The notes: a model not told the origin generated them from the letters alone. A stretch of 51,495 nt of DNA from Lentisphaerota bacterium (GCA_012514555.1 JAAZAB010000359.1:1-51495), one strand, 5' to 3'; positions 26,393 through 36,210 are shown, numbered from the stretch's first letter. Program-made: numbers and translations.

Positions 26393-27694
26393 ATGACAAA
26401 GGAATTAGGCTTGGGATTGCTCGGCTTTGGGACCGTCGGCGGCGGCGTTGTGGCCGGGCTCCAGAAGAATGCCGTGCTGATCGCGCAGAGAACCGGGATG
26501 CGCCTGGCCCTGCGCAAGGTGGCGGACCTGGATTGGGACAGGGACCGAGGCGTCGCGCTGGACAGGGCGCTGCTCACGAAGGACGCCATGGAAGCGGTTG
26601 CGGACCCCGGTGTCGACATCGTCATCGAGCTGATGGGCGGCATGGACGCGGCCCGCAAGGTCATTGCCGGGGCCCTGAGCCTGGGCAAGCCGGTGGTGAC
26701 CGCGAACAAGGCGCTGCTCGCGGAGCACGGCGAGGAGCTCTTCGGCCTCGCGGCGCGGCACGGGACCAACATCTTCTTCGAAGCCAGCGTGGGCGGCGGC
26801 ATACCTCTTATACGCTCCCTGCGGGAGGGCCTGGTTTCCAACCGGATTCTGCGCCTGTGCGGCATCCTGAACGGAACCTGCAACTACATCCTGACGCGAA
26901 TGGAGCAGAAGCACCTGCCTTTCGACCGCGTGCTCCGCGAGGCCCAGGCTGCAGGATATGCGGAAGCCGATCCGTCCCTCGACATCGACGGCACCGACAC
27001 CGCCCACAAGGCGGTGATCCTGGCCTCCCTGGCCTATGGCTTTCACGTGCCGATGGACTCCGTCGCGACGGAGGGCATTCGCGGGCTGAACAAGGTGGAC
27101 ATCGAATATGCCGCGGACCTCGGATACCGGATCAAGATGCTGGCAATAATCAAGGACATCGATAACAGCGTCGAAATCCGCGTCAGCCCCACGCTCATTC
27201 CCGTCCACCACGTGATGGCCTCGGTGCAGGGCGTTTTCAATGCGGTGATAATCAACTGCGACGGGGTGGGGGACGTGCTGTGCTACGGCCGAGGCGCCGG
27301 GCGCGACTCGACGGCAAGCGCGGTGTTGAGCGACGTGGTGGATGCTGCGCGCGACATCGTGTCGAATTCCAAGCGCAGGGCGCCGGGCTTCGTGCCCTTC
27401 CGCCAGGATGGCCGCATTCGCGGCATCAGCGAGGCCCGGGTGCGTTGCTACCTGCGCCTTTCGCTGCTTGACAAGCCGGGAGTTTTCGGCCAGATAGGAA
27501 CCGTGCTGGGCAAGCACGGCATCAGCATCGCGAGCCTGCTGCAAAAGGAGACGGCAACGGGGCATCACGCGCCGGTTGTCATAATAACGCACCATGCCGG
27601 CGAAGGCGCTTTTCAGGCGGCGATCCGGGAGATAGACTCCATGAGCGTTGTGGGCGCCCCAACGGTGCGGTTCCGGATCGAGGATTTCGAATAG
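26393..27694 (+). CDS. hom: homoserine dehydrogenase
   Basis: 433 aa. LGLLGFGTVGGGV NAD motif, central catalytic domain (FEASVGGGIPLI) and a C-terminal ACT domain. Confidence 0.93.
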   Translation: MTKELGLGLLGFGTVGGGVVAGLQKNAVLIAQRTGMRLALRKVADLDWDRDRGVALDRALLTKDAMEAVADPGVDIVIELMGGMDAARKVIAGALSLGKPVVTANKALLAEHGEELFGLAARHGTNIFFEASVGGGIPLIRSLREGLVSNRILRLCGILNGTCNYILTRMEQKHLPFDRVLREAQAAGYAEADPSLDIDGTDTAHKAVILASLAYGFHVPMDSVATEGIRGLNKVDIEYAADLGYRIKMLAIIKDIDNSVEIRVSPTLIPVHHVMASVQGVFNAVIINCDGVGDVLCYGRGAGRDSTASAVLSDVVDAARDIVSNSKRRAPGFVPFRQDGRIRGISEARVRCYLRLSLLDKPGVFGQIGTVLGKHGISIASLLQKETATGHHAPVVIITHHAGEGAFQAAIREIDSMSVVGAPTVRFRIEDFE

Positions 27695-27738
27695 CGGGCG
27701 GCCGCGCGTGGACAGGGCCGGAATGAAAGGGATTCGCC

Positions 27739-29355
27739 ATGAAGCGAGTAACGGTATACGACACAACATTGCGCGACGGAATGCAGGGCGAGAGCGTGTC
27801 TCTCTCCGGGGTCGGCAAGCTCCGCCTGGCACAGATCCTTGACGACTTTGGCGTGGATTACATCGAGGGCGGCTACGCGGCGTCGAACCCCAAGGACATG
27901 GAATTTTTCAAGGCTGTCAGGCGCAGGAAACTTGCCAATGCCCGCATCGCTGCATTTGGCAGCACCCGCCGCGCCAACACGCCGGTCGCCGAGGACGCCG
28001 GGACCATCAAGCTTCTTGAATCCGCGGCCGACACAATCACGATTTTCGGAAAGGCCTGGAAGCTGCACGTGGACGAAGTGCTGAGAACCACGGAGGCTGA
28101 GAACCTGGCCATGGTCGGCGACACGGTGCGCCACCTGAAGAAGCACGGGAAGGAAGTGATTTTTGACGCAGAGCATTTCTTCGACGGCTACAAGGACCGG
28201 CCGGCGTTCGCGCGCCGGGTGCTGCATGCCGCGGCGGAAGCCGGCGCCGACGTTCTGGTTCTGTGCGACACCCGGGGCGGCAGCCTGCCGCACGAAATAT
28301 ACGACATCACGCGGACCGTCGTCTCGGCAATGGGCCGTCCGGTCGGCATTCACTGCCACAACGATGGAGGCATGAGCACGGCCAACACGATCGAGGCGGT
28401 GCGCGCCGGCGCACGGCATGTCCAGGGCACCATGAACGGCTACGGCGAGCGCTGCGGCAACGCGGACCTCTGCGTGATCGTTCCCAACCTCGTTCTCAAG
28501 ATGGGCTGCCAGTGCCTGCGCAAGGGGAAGCTCAAGGACCTGTTCAAAGTCTCCCACATGATTGACGAGATGCTCAACGTTCCGCATGACCGCCGGTCGC
28601 CCTATGCCGGGGAGAGCGCCTTTGCGCACAAGGCCGGAATGCACGTCAACGCGGTGCAGAAGAACCCGGCTAGCTTCGAGCACGTCGCTCCGGAAGCGGT
28701 GGGGAACAAGCGCCGCATCCTGATTTCCGAGCTGTCCGGCGGCAGCAACATCCTGCTCAAGGCCGTTGAAATGGGCGTGGAGATGAGCAAGTCCTCGCCC
28801 GAGGTTCGGGATGTCCTGCGCGAGCTCGAGGATCTCGAGCGCAAGGGCTATGAATTCGAGGCCGCCGACGCCTCGTTCCAGATGCTGATCCAGAAGGTGC
28901 TCAAGCAGCGCCAGTCTTTTTTCGACCTGGACGGGTTCCGCGTCATCGTGGAAAAGCGCGGGAAAGCGCAGCCGTGCCTCTCGGAGGCCACCGTCAAGCT
29001 TACCGTCAACGGCGAATGCGAGCACACGGTCGGCGAGGGCGACGGCCCGGTCAACGCCCTGGACTGCGCCCTGCGCAGGGCGCTCATGCGCTTCTATCCT
29101 TCCATAGAGAAGGTCTCGCTCCTGGACTACAAGGTCCGGATCCTGGACCCCGAGCAGGCCACGGCGGCAAAGACGCGGGTGCTCATCGAGTCGAGCGACG
29201 GCAAGGACACGTGGGGCACCGTCGGGGTCTCGGAAAACATCATTGAGGCCTCCTGGGAGGCGCTCGTCGACAGCGTGGAATACAAGCTCTTCAAGGACGA
29301 AAGCCGGGGGCGGAAGGCGCGGAAACCCAAGGCGCCTGACGGGGAGGGGAAATGA
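27739..29355 (+). CDS. cimA: (R)-citramalate synthase (LeuA/CimA family, TIGR00977-like)
   Basis: 538 aa. VYDTTLRDGMQGESVSLS...YIEGGYAASNPKDMEFF and HCHNDGGMSTANT motifs, plus the C-terminal LeuA-allosteric domain. From memory the pattern matches Geobacter-type CimA better than LeuA. Confidence 0.85.
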   Translation: MKRVTVYDTTLRDGMQGESVSLSGVGKLRLAQILDDFGVDYIEGGYAASNPKDMEFFKAVRRRKLANARIAAFGSTRRANTPVAEDAGTIKLLESAADTITIFGKAWKLHVDEVLRTTEAENLAMVGDTVRHLKKHGKEVIFDAEHFFDGYKDRPAFARRVLHAAAEAGADVLVLCDTRGGSLPHEIYDITRTVVSAMGRPVGIHCHNDGGMSTANTIEAVRAGARHVQGTMNGYGERCGNADLCVIVPNLVLKMGCQCLRKGKLKDLFKVSHMIDEMLNVPHDRRSPYAGESAFAHKAGMHVNAVQKNPASFEHVAPEAVGNKRRILISELSGGSNILLKAVEMGVEMSKSSPEVRDVLRELEDLERKGYEFEAADASFQMLIQKVLKQRQSFFDLDGFRVIVEKRGKAQPCLSEATVKLTVNGECEHTVGEGDGPVNALDCALRRALMRFYPSIEKVSLLDYKVRILDPEQATAAKTRVLIESSDGKDTWGTVGVSENIIEASWEALVDSVEYKLFKDESRGRKARKPKAPDGEGK

Positions 29356-32036
29356 AGCCGCTCGGCAAGAACTACGACCCGGCGTCCGTCGAGGAAGAGT
29401 GGTACGCGCGGTGGATGACCTCGAAGGCGTTCAGCGCGGACCCCGGGCATGGCGGCGAGCCTTACTCAATTGTCATTCCCCCGCCGAATGTGACGGGCAT
29501 CCTGCACATGGGCCATGCCCTGAACAACACCATACAGGACGTGCTGGTGCGCTGGCGCCGGATGCAGGGGCGCAACGCGGTCTGGGTGCCCGGCACGGAT
29601 CACGCGGGAATCGCCACGCAGAACGTGGTTGAGCGCGCCCTGCGCGAAAAGGGCCAGACTCGCGACGCGCTCGGCCGCGACGCGTTCGTGGCGCGCGTCT
29701 GGCAATGGCGCGAGAAATACGGCAGCACCATCATCCGCCAGCTCAAGAAGCTCGGCGCCTCCTGCGACTGGGACCGCGAGCGCTTCACGATGGACGAGGG
29801 ACTGAGCGACGCCGTCGCCGAAGTCTTCGTGCGCCTTTACAAGAAGAAGCTTGTCTACCGCGGCAACTATATCATCAACTGGTGCCCGCGCTGCCGGACC
29901 GCGCTTTCAGACGAGGAGAGCGAGCACAGGAATCTCGACGCCAAGCTTTACTACGTGCGTTACCCGGTCGCCGGCAGGCAGAAAAAGCACGTCGTGGTTG
30001 CCACCACGCGCCCCGAAACGATGTTCGGGGACGTGGCCGTGGCAGTGAATCCGCGCGACGAGCGCCATGCCGCCCTCGTCGGTAAAAAGCTTTCCCTGCC
30101 CCTGACCGGACGCGTGATCGAGGTGATTGCCGACGATTTCGTGGACCCCCAGTTCGGGACCGGGGCGGTCAAGGTCACGCCCGCGCACGACCCGAACGAT
30201 TTCGCGATCGCCGGCCGCCACGGCCTTCAGCCCGTCAACGTGATGAACGAGGACGGGACCATGAACGACCAGGCCGGCGCCTACCGCGGGCTGGACCGAT
30301 TCGAGTGCCGCAAGCGCGTCCTGGAGGACCTGGAGAATGCCCGCCTGCTCGTCAAGGCCGAGGATCACGCGCACGCGGTCGGCCACTGCTACCGGTGCGA
30401 CACGGTCGTCGAGCCGCGCCTTTCCCTCCAGTGGTTCGTGCGCATGAAGCCGATGGCCAGGCCCGCGATTGAAGCGGTCAAGGATGGGCGGATCCGGTTC
30501 GTGCCCGAGCGCTGGACAAAGGTGTACATGGACTGGATGGAGAACATCCGGGACTGGTGCATTTCCCGCCAGATATGGTGGGGCCACCGCATTCCGGTTT
30601 ACTATTGCGACGACTGCGGCGGCGAATGGGTCGACAAGAAGACCCCGGCGTCGTGCCCGTCCTGCTCCTCCGCCAGGATTCGCCAGGACCCCGACGTTCT
30701 CGACACGTGGTTCTCGAGCTGGCTGTGGCCCTTCAGCACCTTCGGCTGGCCGGACGATACGCCCGAGCTCAGGCGCTATTACCCGACCGACAGCCTCGTG
30801 ACCGCCCCGGAAATAATCTTCTTCTGGGTCGCACGGATGATCGTGTCCGGCATGGAGTTCATGGGCGACATTCCCTTCAGGAACGTCTACATCCACGGCA
30901 CCGTCCGCGACGACAAGGGCCGGAAGATGAGCAAGAGCCTGGGCAATTCCAACGATCCGCTGGATGTCATCCGGGACACCAGCGCCGACGCACTCCGGTT
31001 CAGCCTCATGATGGTCGCCGCGGTGTGCCAGGACATCCACCTTTCAAAAGACAAGTTCGAGATCGGCCGCAATTTCCTGACAAAAATATGGAACGCCGCA
31101 CGCTTCATGCGGCTGCATTCCGGGGACGGCCCCGGGGAGTTCGACGCCCCCGATCTCAATCCGGCTTTCCTGGCCAGCGACGACCTCCATCTCCTGTACT
31201 CCCTTCGTGAGCGGGTGGGGTCCGTGACGGAAAGCCTGGAATCCTTCCGCTTCGGCGACGCGGCGCGCGACCTGTACGACTTCGTGTGGCACCAGTTCTG
31301 CGACTGGTACATCGAGTATGCCAAGACAGCCTTGAACGGTGACGACGCCGCGCGCAAGGCAGAGGTGCTGAAGGTAATGCATTACGCCTTTGCCGTTTCG
31401 CTGAAGCTTCTGCACCCCTTCATTCCGTTCCAGACCGAGGAGCTCTGGCATGCGATGGGCTACGGAAAAGAAGGCGACTTCATCATGCGCGCCCCCTGGC
31501 CGGACCAGAAGGATTTCGAACGATGGCCGGCCGTGACAGGCGCGGCCACGGCCGCCGCCTATGTCGAACAGAAACACGAGCTCATCCGCATCGGGCGGAT
31601 GCTCCGCGCGGATTACGGCTTGTCGGCATCCCGGAAAATCACCTATCTCATAAAGCCCGCTTCCGGGGAGGATGCGCTCCGCCTGGAGGCGGAGCGGGAT
31701 TCAATCGCCTCGCTTCTCAGGGCCGGCGAACTCACGATCGATCAGGGCCTGGCTCCGGGCAAGGTAATGCCCGGCGGCATGAGCAAGCTGGGCGCCATAT
31801 TCATGCCCATCGAGGGGCTGGTCGATATCCGGGCCGAGCTGCTCAAGCTCAACGCCCAGCTCGAGGCGATCGCCGGCGACATGGCCGCGATCGACCGCAA
31901 GCTGAACAACGTGTCGTTCATCAAGAAGGCGCCTGAAGACGTGGTCCAGGTTCAGCGGAATCGCCGCCAGGAGGCGCTCGAAAAGAGCGAAAAAATCAGG
32001 CGCCTGGTGGAAATGCTGACCGTCGCGGGCGGTTAA
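29352..32036 (+). CDS. valS: valine--tRNA ligase
   Basis: 894 aa. PPPNVTGILHMGHALN (HIGH motif), KMSKSLGN (KMSKS motif) and a C-terminal coiled coil. The ATG overlaps the cimA stop (ATGA), with GGGGAGGGG upstream. Confidence 0.97.
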   Translation: MKPLGKNYDPASVEEEWYARWMTSKAFSADPGHGGEPYSIVIPPPNVTGILHMGHALNNTIQDVLVRWRRMQGRNAVWVPGTDHAGIATQNVVERALREKGQTRDALGRDAFVARVWQWREKYGSTIIRQLKKLGASCDWDRERFTMDEGLSDAVAEVFVRLYKKKLVYRGNYIINWCPRCRTALSDEESEHRNLDAKLYYVRYPVAGRQKKHVVVATTRPETMFGDVAVAVNPRDERHAALVGKKLSLPLTGRVIEVIADDFVDPQFGTGAVKVTPAHDPNDFAIAGRHGLQPVNVMNEDGTMNDQAGAYRGLDRFECRKRVLEDLENARLLVKAEDHAHAVGHCYRCDTVVEPRLSLQWFVRMKPMARPAIEAVKDGRIRFVPERWTKVYMDWMENIRDWCISRQIWWGHRIPVYYCDDCGGEWVDKKTPASCPSCSSARIRQDPDVLDTWFSSWLWPFSTFGWPDDTPELRRYYPTDSLVTAPEIIFFWVARMIVSGMEFMGDIPFRNVYIHGTVRDDKGRKMSKSLGNSNDPLDVIRDTSADALRFSLMMVAAVCQDIHLSKDKFEIGRNFLTKIWNAARFMRLHSGDGPGEFDAPDLNPAFLASDDLHLLYSLRERVGSVTESLESFRFGDAARDLYDFVWHQFCDWYIEYAKTALNGDDAARKAEVLKVMHYAFAVSLKLLHPFIPFQTEELWHAMGYGKEGDFIMRAPWPDQKDFERWPAVTGAATAAAYVEQKHELIRIGRMLRADYGLSASRKITYLIKPASGEDALRLEAERDSIASLLRAGELTIDQGLAPGKVMPGGMSKLGAIFMPIEGLVDIRAELLKLNAQLEAIAGDMAAIDRKLNNVSFIKKAPEDVVQVQRNRRQEALEKSEKIRRLVEMLTVAGG

Positions 32037-32081
32037 CCCCGGGCGAAGGCCTGTTTCCAGCGTTTGGATATTCTTATACCT

Positions 32082-32129
32082 AAAACAAAAAGACTCCACA
32101 GCCGTTTGGCGGTGGAGTCCTTTTGTTTT
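32082..32129. terminator. bidirectional rho-independent terminator between convergent valS and the RRM gene
   Basis: aaaacaaaaaGACTCCACagccgtttggcgGTGGAGTCcttttgtttt: an 8-bp GC-containing stem flanked by an A-run on one side and a T-run on the other. Confidence 0.7.
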
Positions 32130-32141
32130 ACGGAATTGCGA

Positions 32142-32420
32142 TCAGTAATCGCGGCGCGGCGGGCGGCCGTTGCCGTCAGCGCGCGGGCGCGCCTCGTTGA
32201 TGCGAAGGGCGCGACCCCCTAATTCCTTGCCGTTCAGGGCCTCAATGGCCGCCTTGCCTTCCGCGTCATTGGCCATCTCGACAAACCCGAATCCGCGGGA
32301 TTTGCCCGTCACCTTGTCCATGATGATCGAGGACGAGGTAACCTGGCCATGGGCCTCGAATTCCTGCCGCAGTTCATCCTCGGTTGTCGACCACGACAGA
32401 TTTCCAACGTAAATGTTCAT
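32142..32420 (-). CDS. RRM-type glycine/arginine-tailed RNA-binding protein
   Basis: 92 aa. RNP2 NIYVGNL and RNP1 RGFGFVEM. Confidence 0.92.
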   Translation of the reverse strand: MNIYVGNLSWSTTEDELRQEFEAHGQVTSSSIIMDKVTGKSRGFGFVEMANDAEGKAAIEALNGKELGGRALRINEARPRADGNGRPPRRDY

Positions 32421-32551
32421 CTAACCGCTCCTCCAGCCTTATTCAGTCCCATTCCGCGGAGCGGCGGACCCGCGGCACCGAATGCCGGCAACAACACGCC
32501 GACCCCTGTCGCATCGATCCTTCCGTTATCCGGAAATGAAGACCGGGCTCT

Positions 32552-32581
32552 CTTATATTTCATTGTATGAAGCCGGGTCAA
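32552..32581 (-). promoter_or_regulatory. candidate promoter of the RRM gene (TTGACC-N18-TATAAG)
   Basis: The minus strand reads ttgTTGACCcggcttcatacaatgaaaTATAAGag. This implies a 5' UTR of about 125 nt. Confidence 0.35.
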
Positions 32582-32612
32582 CAAGAAAATTAAGAAAAAT
32601 GCAGCGCCCCAT

Positions 32613-33806
32613 TTAAGCCGGGGCCGGGAAGTCGAGCGCGGAAATCCCGTGGGGCATTGGGGGCAGAGCGAACCGGCGCGCCAGTGTCTGGGCGGCATCG
32701 TAGAACCCGTGGCGCACGCCAAGGGATTTGCCCGCGATCCCGGGCTGGTATGCGAGCAGCGGCACGTATTCCCGCGTGTGGTCAGTGCCGCGGAACGTGG
32801 GATCGTTTCCGTGGTCGGCGGTTATGAGCAGCAGGTCCCCGGGCGCCAGCAGGGGCAGAAGCGCGCCGAAGAAGCTGTCGGTTTCCTCCAGGGCCCGGGC
32901 ATAGCCGGCGGGGTCCCGGCGATGCCCGTAGAGCATGTCGAAATCGATGAAGTTCGCGATCACAAGGCCGCCCGCGTTTTGGCGGACCAGTTCGAGAACG
33001 CGGGCCTGGGAGTCGCGGTTGTTGCCCGTGTGCCACGACTTGCTTATGCCGCGATGATCGTAGATGTCCTCGATCTTGCCCACGGCCAGCACCGGGATTC
33101 CGGCCGATGCCAGGTGTTCCAGAATGGTTGGCGCCGGAAGGGGGAACGAAAAATCACGGCGATTTTCCGTGCGCTGAAACGAGCCGGGGCGTCCGACGTA
33201 GGGGCGGGCGATGACGCGCCCGACGCGCAGCGGAACGCAGAGCTCGCGCGCCACGCGGCAGGCGGCGTACAGCTCGCCAGGAGGGATGATTTCCTCGTGG
33301 GCCGCTATCTGGAACACGGAATCGGCGCTGGTATAGGCGATCAATGCGGCTGTCCTGAGCTGTTCTGGGCCCAGCTCGTCAATGATAGCCGTGCCGCTGG
33401 CGGCCTTGTTCCCGATCAGGCGGCGGCCGGTGCGGCGCTCGAATTCCGAGACCAGTTCGTCAGGAAACGAGGGGGGCCCGGCCGGGAAGATATGGAACGG
33501 GCGCTCGATCAGGAGCCCGGCTATTTCCCAATGCCCGGTTGTGGTGTCCTTGCCGCGGGACACTTCCCGCATGGCGCCGAACGAGGCCGACGGCGCTCGC
33601 GCCGGAGGCACGCCGCGTATTGGGCGGCCGCCGGGGATGAGCGCGGGGATGTTGCCCAGCCCCATACGGCCGAGCACAGGCAGGGCCAGCGATTCCACCG
33701 CCTCGCTGGTGTTCTGAAGAGTGGCGGCGCCTGCGTCGTTGAAATCGGCCGCGTCCGGGGCGGCCCCGATTCCCACCGAGTCCAGGATGATGAGAAGGGT
33801 GCGCAT
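32613..33806 (-). CDS. deoB: phosphopentomutase
   Basis: 397 aa. LIILDSVGIG, TTGHWE and ITADHGNDPT metal-site motifs. Confidence 0.93.
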   Translation of the reverse strand: MRTLLIILDSVGIGAAPDAADFNDAGAATLQNTSEAVESLALPVLGRMGLGNIPALIPGGRPIRGVPPARAPSASFGAMREVSRGKDTTTGHWEIAGLLIERPFHIFPAGPPSFPDELVSEFERRTGRRLIGNKAASGTAIIDELGPEQLRTAALIAYTSADSVFQIAAHEEIIPPGELYAACRVARELCVPLRVGRVIARPYVGRPGSFQRTENRRDFSFPLPAPTILEHLASAGIPVLAVGKIEDIYDHRGISKSWHTGNNRDSQARVLELVRQNAGGLVIANFIDFDMLYGHRRDPAGYARALEETDSFFGALLPLLAPGDLLLITADHGNDPTFRGTDHTREYVPLLAYQPGIAGKSLGVRHGFYDAAQTLARRFALPPMPHGISALDFPAPA

Positions 33807-33813
33807 AATCCGA

Positions 33814-34500
33814 TCAGCCGGTTGCCAGCGCCACCCCGGCGCTGGTCCCGATCCTGTTTGCGCCCGCTTCCAGCATGGCCCTGGCCTCGGCGGCGGTCCG
33901 CACGCCGCCGCTGGCCTTTACGCCGAATTGCGGGCCCACTGCCCGGCGCATCAGGCGTATGTCCGCGACAGTCGCGCCGCCCCCCAGGAAGCCGGTGGAG
34001 GTTTTGACGAAATGCGCGCCCGCCTCGACGGCCAGGAGGCAGGCTGTTCGTTTTTCGTCGTCGGTAAGAAAGTGGGTTTCCAGGATGACTTTGACCAGGC
34101 GCCCGGATGCCGCGGAGACGACGGCGCGTATATCCCCGGCCACGTGGGCGCGGTCGCCGTCCTTGAGCGCGCCAATGCACATCACCATGTCGAGCTCCAT
34201 CGCGCCCTGGCCCACGGCCGCTTCCGCCTCGCGGGCCTTGGTCAGGGCCAGGCCGGCGCCCAGAGGGAATCCCACGACCGTGCAAGGCGCCGCGGGCGAA
34301 CCCTTGAGCTCGGAGGCCGCGAGCCGGAGCCGGAACGGATTGACGCAGACCGCCGCGAACCCGTAATGCCGCGCTTCGCGGCAGACGCGGACCACGTCCT
34401 TTTCCGCGGCGTCCGGCTTGAGCAGCGTGTGGTCGATGAACGGCGCAATCAATCTGCCGCCGGGCGTCGCATCCGGAAAGGCGTTTGACTCCGAGCGCAT
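33814..34500 (-). CDS. deoC: deoxyribose-phosphate aldolase
   Basis: 228 aa. IDHTLLKP, FVKTSTGF (Schiff-base Lys) and VKASGGVR. Confidence 0.93.
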   Translation of the reverse strand: MRSESNAFPDATPGGRLIAPFIDHTLLKPDAAEKDVVRVCREARHYGFAAVCVNPFRLRLAASELKGSPAAPCTVVGFPLGAGLALTKAREAEAAVGQGAMELDMVMCIGALKDGDRAHVAGDIRAVVSAASGRLVKVILETHFLTDDEKRTACLLAVEAGAHFVKTSTGFLGGGATVADIRLMRRAVGPQFGVKASGGVRTAAEARAMLEAGANRIGTSAGVALATG

Positions 34501-34507
34501 GGCTGCC

Positions 34508-36040
34508 TCAATAGGACTTTGCGAAGATCACGCGGCGCCGGCTCGGCTTTCCGCTGATTACGCAGCGGCCATCCTCCTCGGGCGCGTCCTGCGGAATGCA
34601 GCGGATGCTCACGCCCAGGTCCGCCGTGACCTGCGCTTCGACGTCAGCCTCCCCGCTCCAGTGACAGAGCGCGAACCCGCCGTGAATCTCCGGCTTGTCC
34701 GGGTTGGCGGGCGTGAAGAATCTGTAGAAATCATCCTTCGTGTCGATCCTGACGGTGTGCTTTTCCCGGAGCGCCAGGGCCCGCTCGAACAGGGATTTCT
34801 GGATGTCGTCCAGGATTTCGCACGCCCTGGCCGTGAACTCGGCCCTGGGCATGCTCGTTTTTTCCCTGTGCGGCCTGTCGCGGCGCGCAAAGAAAACGGC
34901 GCCGGCGGCGATGTCGCGCGGGCCGATCTCGATCCTGACCGGGACACCCTTCCTGACCCAGTTCCAGACCTTGTCGCCGCCGCGGCCTTCGCGGGCGTCT
35001 ATTTCCACCTCGATCGGCCGGCCGTGATAGCTGACAGCCCTGAGCTCGGCGGCCAGGCTCCGGCAGTATTCGAGCACATCCTCCCTGGAAACGTCCTTCA
35101 TTATCACGGGCAAAATCACCATGTGTGCCGGCGCAAGGCGCGGCGGAACGATTATGCCGTCGTCGTCGCCGTGGGTCATCACCATCGCCCCGATAAGGCG
35201 CGTAGACACGCCCCAGGACGTTGTCCACGCATAGTCTTCCCTGCCGTTCGCGTCGAGGAACTTGATTTCCGAGGCGCGGGCGAAGTTCCGGCCCAGGAAG
35301 TGCGATGTTCCGGATTGCAGGGCTTTCCGGTCCTGCATCATGGCCTCGATGCAGAATGTGGCCACGGCGCCGGGAAAGCGCTCGGCGTCCGTCTTCTCGC
35401 CCTTGATGACCGGCATGGCCATGTGGTTCTGGGCGAAATCGGCGTATACGTCCAGCATGCGCCGCGTTTCCTCGCGCGCCTCCTGCTCGGTGGCGTGGAC
35501 AGTGTGCCCCTCCTGCCATAGGAACTCCGTTGTCCGCAGGAACAGGCGGGTCCGCATCTCCCACCGGAGGACGTTTGCCCACTGGTTGATCAGCAGCGGA
35601 AGGTCCCGGTACGACTGCACCCACTTTGCGAACATCGCGCCGATGATGGTCTCGGACGTAGGCCTGACGACCAGAGGCTCTTCAAGGGGCGATGCCGGCG
35701 AGAGCTTTCCGTCCGCGCCGGCCTGCAGGCGGTGGTGCGTCACCACGGCGCATTCCTTGGCAAACCCCTCCACGTGCGCCGCCTCCTTCTGGAGAAAGCT
35801 CATGGGAATGAGCAGCGGGAAATAGGCGTTCTTGTGGCCCGTGGCCTTGAACATGGCGTCGAGCGCGCGCTGCATGTTTTCCCAGATCGCATAGCCCCAG
35901 GGCTTGATCACCATGCACCCGCGCACCGGCGAAATCTCGGCCAGGTCCGACGCCTTCACCGCCTGCTGGTACCACTCGGGGTAATCCTCGGTACGGGTGG
36001 GGGTTATCGCTGTCTTTGCCGACGCCGTCTTTTCCGCCAT
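34508..36040 (-). CDS. proS: proline--tRNA ligase (archaeal/eukaryote-like type)
   Basis: 510 aa. Class II motifs, WYQQAVKASDLAEISPVRGCMVIKPWGYAIWE at the N-terminus, no INS editing domain, and the C-terminal ProRS-C1 domain. Confidence 0.95.
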   Translation of the reverse strand: MAEKTASAKTAITPTRTEDYPEWYQQAVKASDLAEISPVRGCMVIKPWGYAIWENMQRALDAMFKATGHKNAYFPLLIPMSFLQKEAAHVEGFAKECAVVTHHRLQAGADGKLSPASPLEEPLVVRPTSETIIGAMFAKWVQSYRDLPLLINQWANVLRWEMRTRLFLRTTEFLWQEGHTVHATEQEAREETRRMLDVYADFAQNHMAMPVIKGEKTDAERFPGAVATFCIEAMMQDRKALQSGTSHFLGRNFARASEIKFLDANGREDYAWTTSWGVSTRLIGAMVMTHGDDDGIIVPPRLAPAHMVILPVIMKDVSREDVLEYCRSLAAELRAVSYHGRPIEVEIDAREGRGGDKVWNWVRKGVPVRIEIGPRDIAAGAVFFARRDRPHREKTSMPRAEFTARACEILDDIQKSLFERALALREKHTVRIDTKDDFYRFFTPANPDKPEIHGGFALCHWSGEADVEAQVTADLGVSIRCIPQDAPEEDGRCVISGKPSRRRVIFAKSY

Positions 36041-36210
36041 GATCGAGTCCTTTCAAATGCCGCCAGTTTCTCCGGTTGCGCAGGGGTTACTACTCAGGTA
36101 GACAGGGTTCAGGCTACTGTAGTTACGCGCAGGGAAGAATACACGATTGAACGCCGGCTGCAACCACGAACATCGGCGGGAAGGGCGGCCTGCGCGGCTG
36201 CGGCGCCGGT

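Noticed and set aside
26405-29025. 475-aa and 470-aa minus-strand ORFs opposite hom and cimA.
   Set aside because: They are antisense to highly conserved housekeeping genes, with no motifs and the typical mirror-frame artefact. The ORFs at 10074-11411, 13534-14604, 20100-20855, 21830-22954 and 22690-23619 were rejected for the same reason.
36078-36133. Direct repeats GCGCAGGG flanking an imperfect inverted repeat, considered as a MITE with a target-site duplication.
   Set aside because: The element between the repeats is only about 40 bp and the inverted repeat is imperfect (7 of 8). That is too small for a mobile element. It is kept only as a possible leader RNA or operator structure.
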